DNA of 64,000 bases from Pseudomonadota bacterium (GTDB lineage: Bacteria > Tectomicrobia > Entotheonellia > Entotheonellales > Entotheonellaceae). The notes beneath the pieces are model-generated. The model was not told the DNA's origin and ran no database searches. It saw nothing but the letters and a program-made list of their open reading frames with translations. Shown piece after piece: positions 63,464 through 64,000 of this stretch (within the stretch, counting starts at the first letter, position 1; each line of letters opens with the position of its first letter). The stretch covers positions 5,694 through 69,693 of the forward strand of contig SXND01000007.1 of assembly GCA_005777235.1 (NCBI GenBank). Direction: 5' to 3'. A program made the position numbers and the translations under genes.

Positions 63464-64000
63464 ATGTCCACCGATACCGACCGCTTACAAGCGGCTCTGG
63501 CCCGCTTTGACGCCGCCAATGCCGAAGATCCCAGTACAGAAGTGTTTAATGGCACCGTCTATCCCAAAGAACTGCTGTATGCCCAGCGTATGACGGCCTG
63601 GCTCACCACCGTGGCGCCGGAGGCCTCGGAAGCCCTGCGCCTGGCGGTGCGCTGTCAGCACATGCGGCGCTGGAGCATCCCCCGGCAGACGTATCCCATG
63701 GATCGCGAGGGTTACCTGCGCTGGCGGACGACGCTGGCACGGTTCCATGCTGACACCGCCGCGACCATCTTGCGTGACGTGGGGTACGACGAGGCGACCA
63801 TTCTCCGTGTGCAAACGCTGCTCCGCAAAGAACGCCTCAAGCGTGATCCAGAGGTGCAGTGTTTGGAAGACGTCATCTGCCTGGTCTTCCTTGAACACTA
63901 CTTGGCCGATTTTGCGCTGCAACACGAGGAAGAGAAAATTCTCGATATCCTACGCAAGACGTGGGAAAAGATGTCACCACATGGGCAGGACATCGCGCGC
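63464..64000 (+). CDS. DUF4202-like protein (C-terminus beyond the window end)
   Basis: Not in the ORF track because there is no stop in the window. The ATG at 63464 is preceded by GGAGGAG. The translation MSTDTDRLQAALARFDAANAEDPS...AVRCQHMRRWSIPRQTYPMDREGYLRWR... matches my recollection of DUF4202. Confidence 0.55.
   Translation, partial: MSTDTDRLQAALARFDAANAEDPSTEVFNGTVYPKELLYAQRMTAWLTTVAPEASEALRLAVRCQHMRRWSIPRQTYPMDREGYLRWRTTLARFHADTAATILRDVGYDEATILRVQTLLRKERLKRDPEVQCLEDVICLVFLEHYLADFALQHEEEKILDILRKTWEKMSPHGQDIAR

Noticed and set aside
63366-63593. 75-aa plus-strand ORF (MMMCVSYHS...) in the divergent region.
   Set aside because: It overlaps the DUF4202-like gene in another frame. That gene has a strong SD (GGAGGAG) and a conserved-looking product. 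The 75-aa translation is low-complexity nonsense.
1-64000. Mobile elements, prophage, defence systems, CRISPR or rRNA anywhere in the window.
   Set aside because: None of the ORF translations shows transposase, integrase, recombinase, Cas, restriction-modification or phage structural motifs. I saw no terminal inverted repeats or repeat-spacer arrays.

Overview
GC-rich bacterial chromosomal segment (roughly 60% G+C or more by eye). It is gene-dense, with about 65 protein genes and 2 tRNAs. I found no rRNA, CRISPR array, transposase or integrase. All calls come from reading the ORF translations and the DNA by eye, with no database search, so product names rest on recognised motifs and synteny, and many start codons are uncertain.

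Layout:
- 1-20.2 kb is almost entirely minus strand and housekeeping: alr, dnaB, rplI, a DUF2232-like membrane gene, rpsR, ssb, rpsF, pth, rplY, prs, tRNA-Gln, ispE, a LolB-like lipoprotein, a TPR protein, a DciA-like DUF721 protein and plsC. manC lies on the plus strand. Then come aroQ, a small ORF, aroB and the type IV pilus genes pilQPONM.
- 20.4-35.4 kb holds mixed metabolic and hypothetical genes: metallophosphoesterase, enoyl-CoA hydratase, tatC, methyltransferase, a ParB-like protein, SDR, threonine dehydratase-like enzyme, an MBL-fold hydrolase, VOC, ABM, HAD-like, DUF2203, an aminopeptidase, PpiC/TPR, an MFS-like remnant, a LUD-domain gene and livGF.
- 35.6-43.1 kb holds a GNAT plus ADP-forming acyl-CoA synthetase fusion, followed by an E1alpha/E1beta/E2 2-oxoacid dehydrogenase operon and a peptidase-MA-like gene.
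- 43-64 kb holds a TPR protein, a GMC oxidoreductase, an M10 protease, a giant VanZ/Wzy-like membrane protein, a 15-residue-repeat beta-helix-like protein, an MCP plus CheY pair, an AT-rich islet, an oxidoreductase, an M20 peptidase, tRNA-Leu, an epimerase, an FAH-family gene, and a sulfite reductase operon.

The most interesting signal is an unannotated 35-codon ORF with 12 cysteine codons. It is followed by a strong intrinsic terminator and an alternative antiterminator pairing, directly upstream of the sulfite reductase gene. This looks like a cysteine-sensing, leader-peptide transcription attenuator.

Secondary signals:
- pilQ is split by a frameshift in a C8 tract.
- The Tat-signal MBL hydrolase is interrupted by an in-frame TAG.
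- There is a ~36% GC islet with small hydrophobic ORFs.
- A ~460-nt hairpin-rich non-coding spacer is unexplained.
- Duplicated operator-like palindromes sit upstream of the GNAT/ACS gene.
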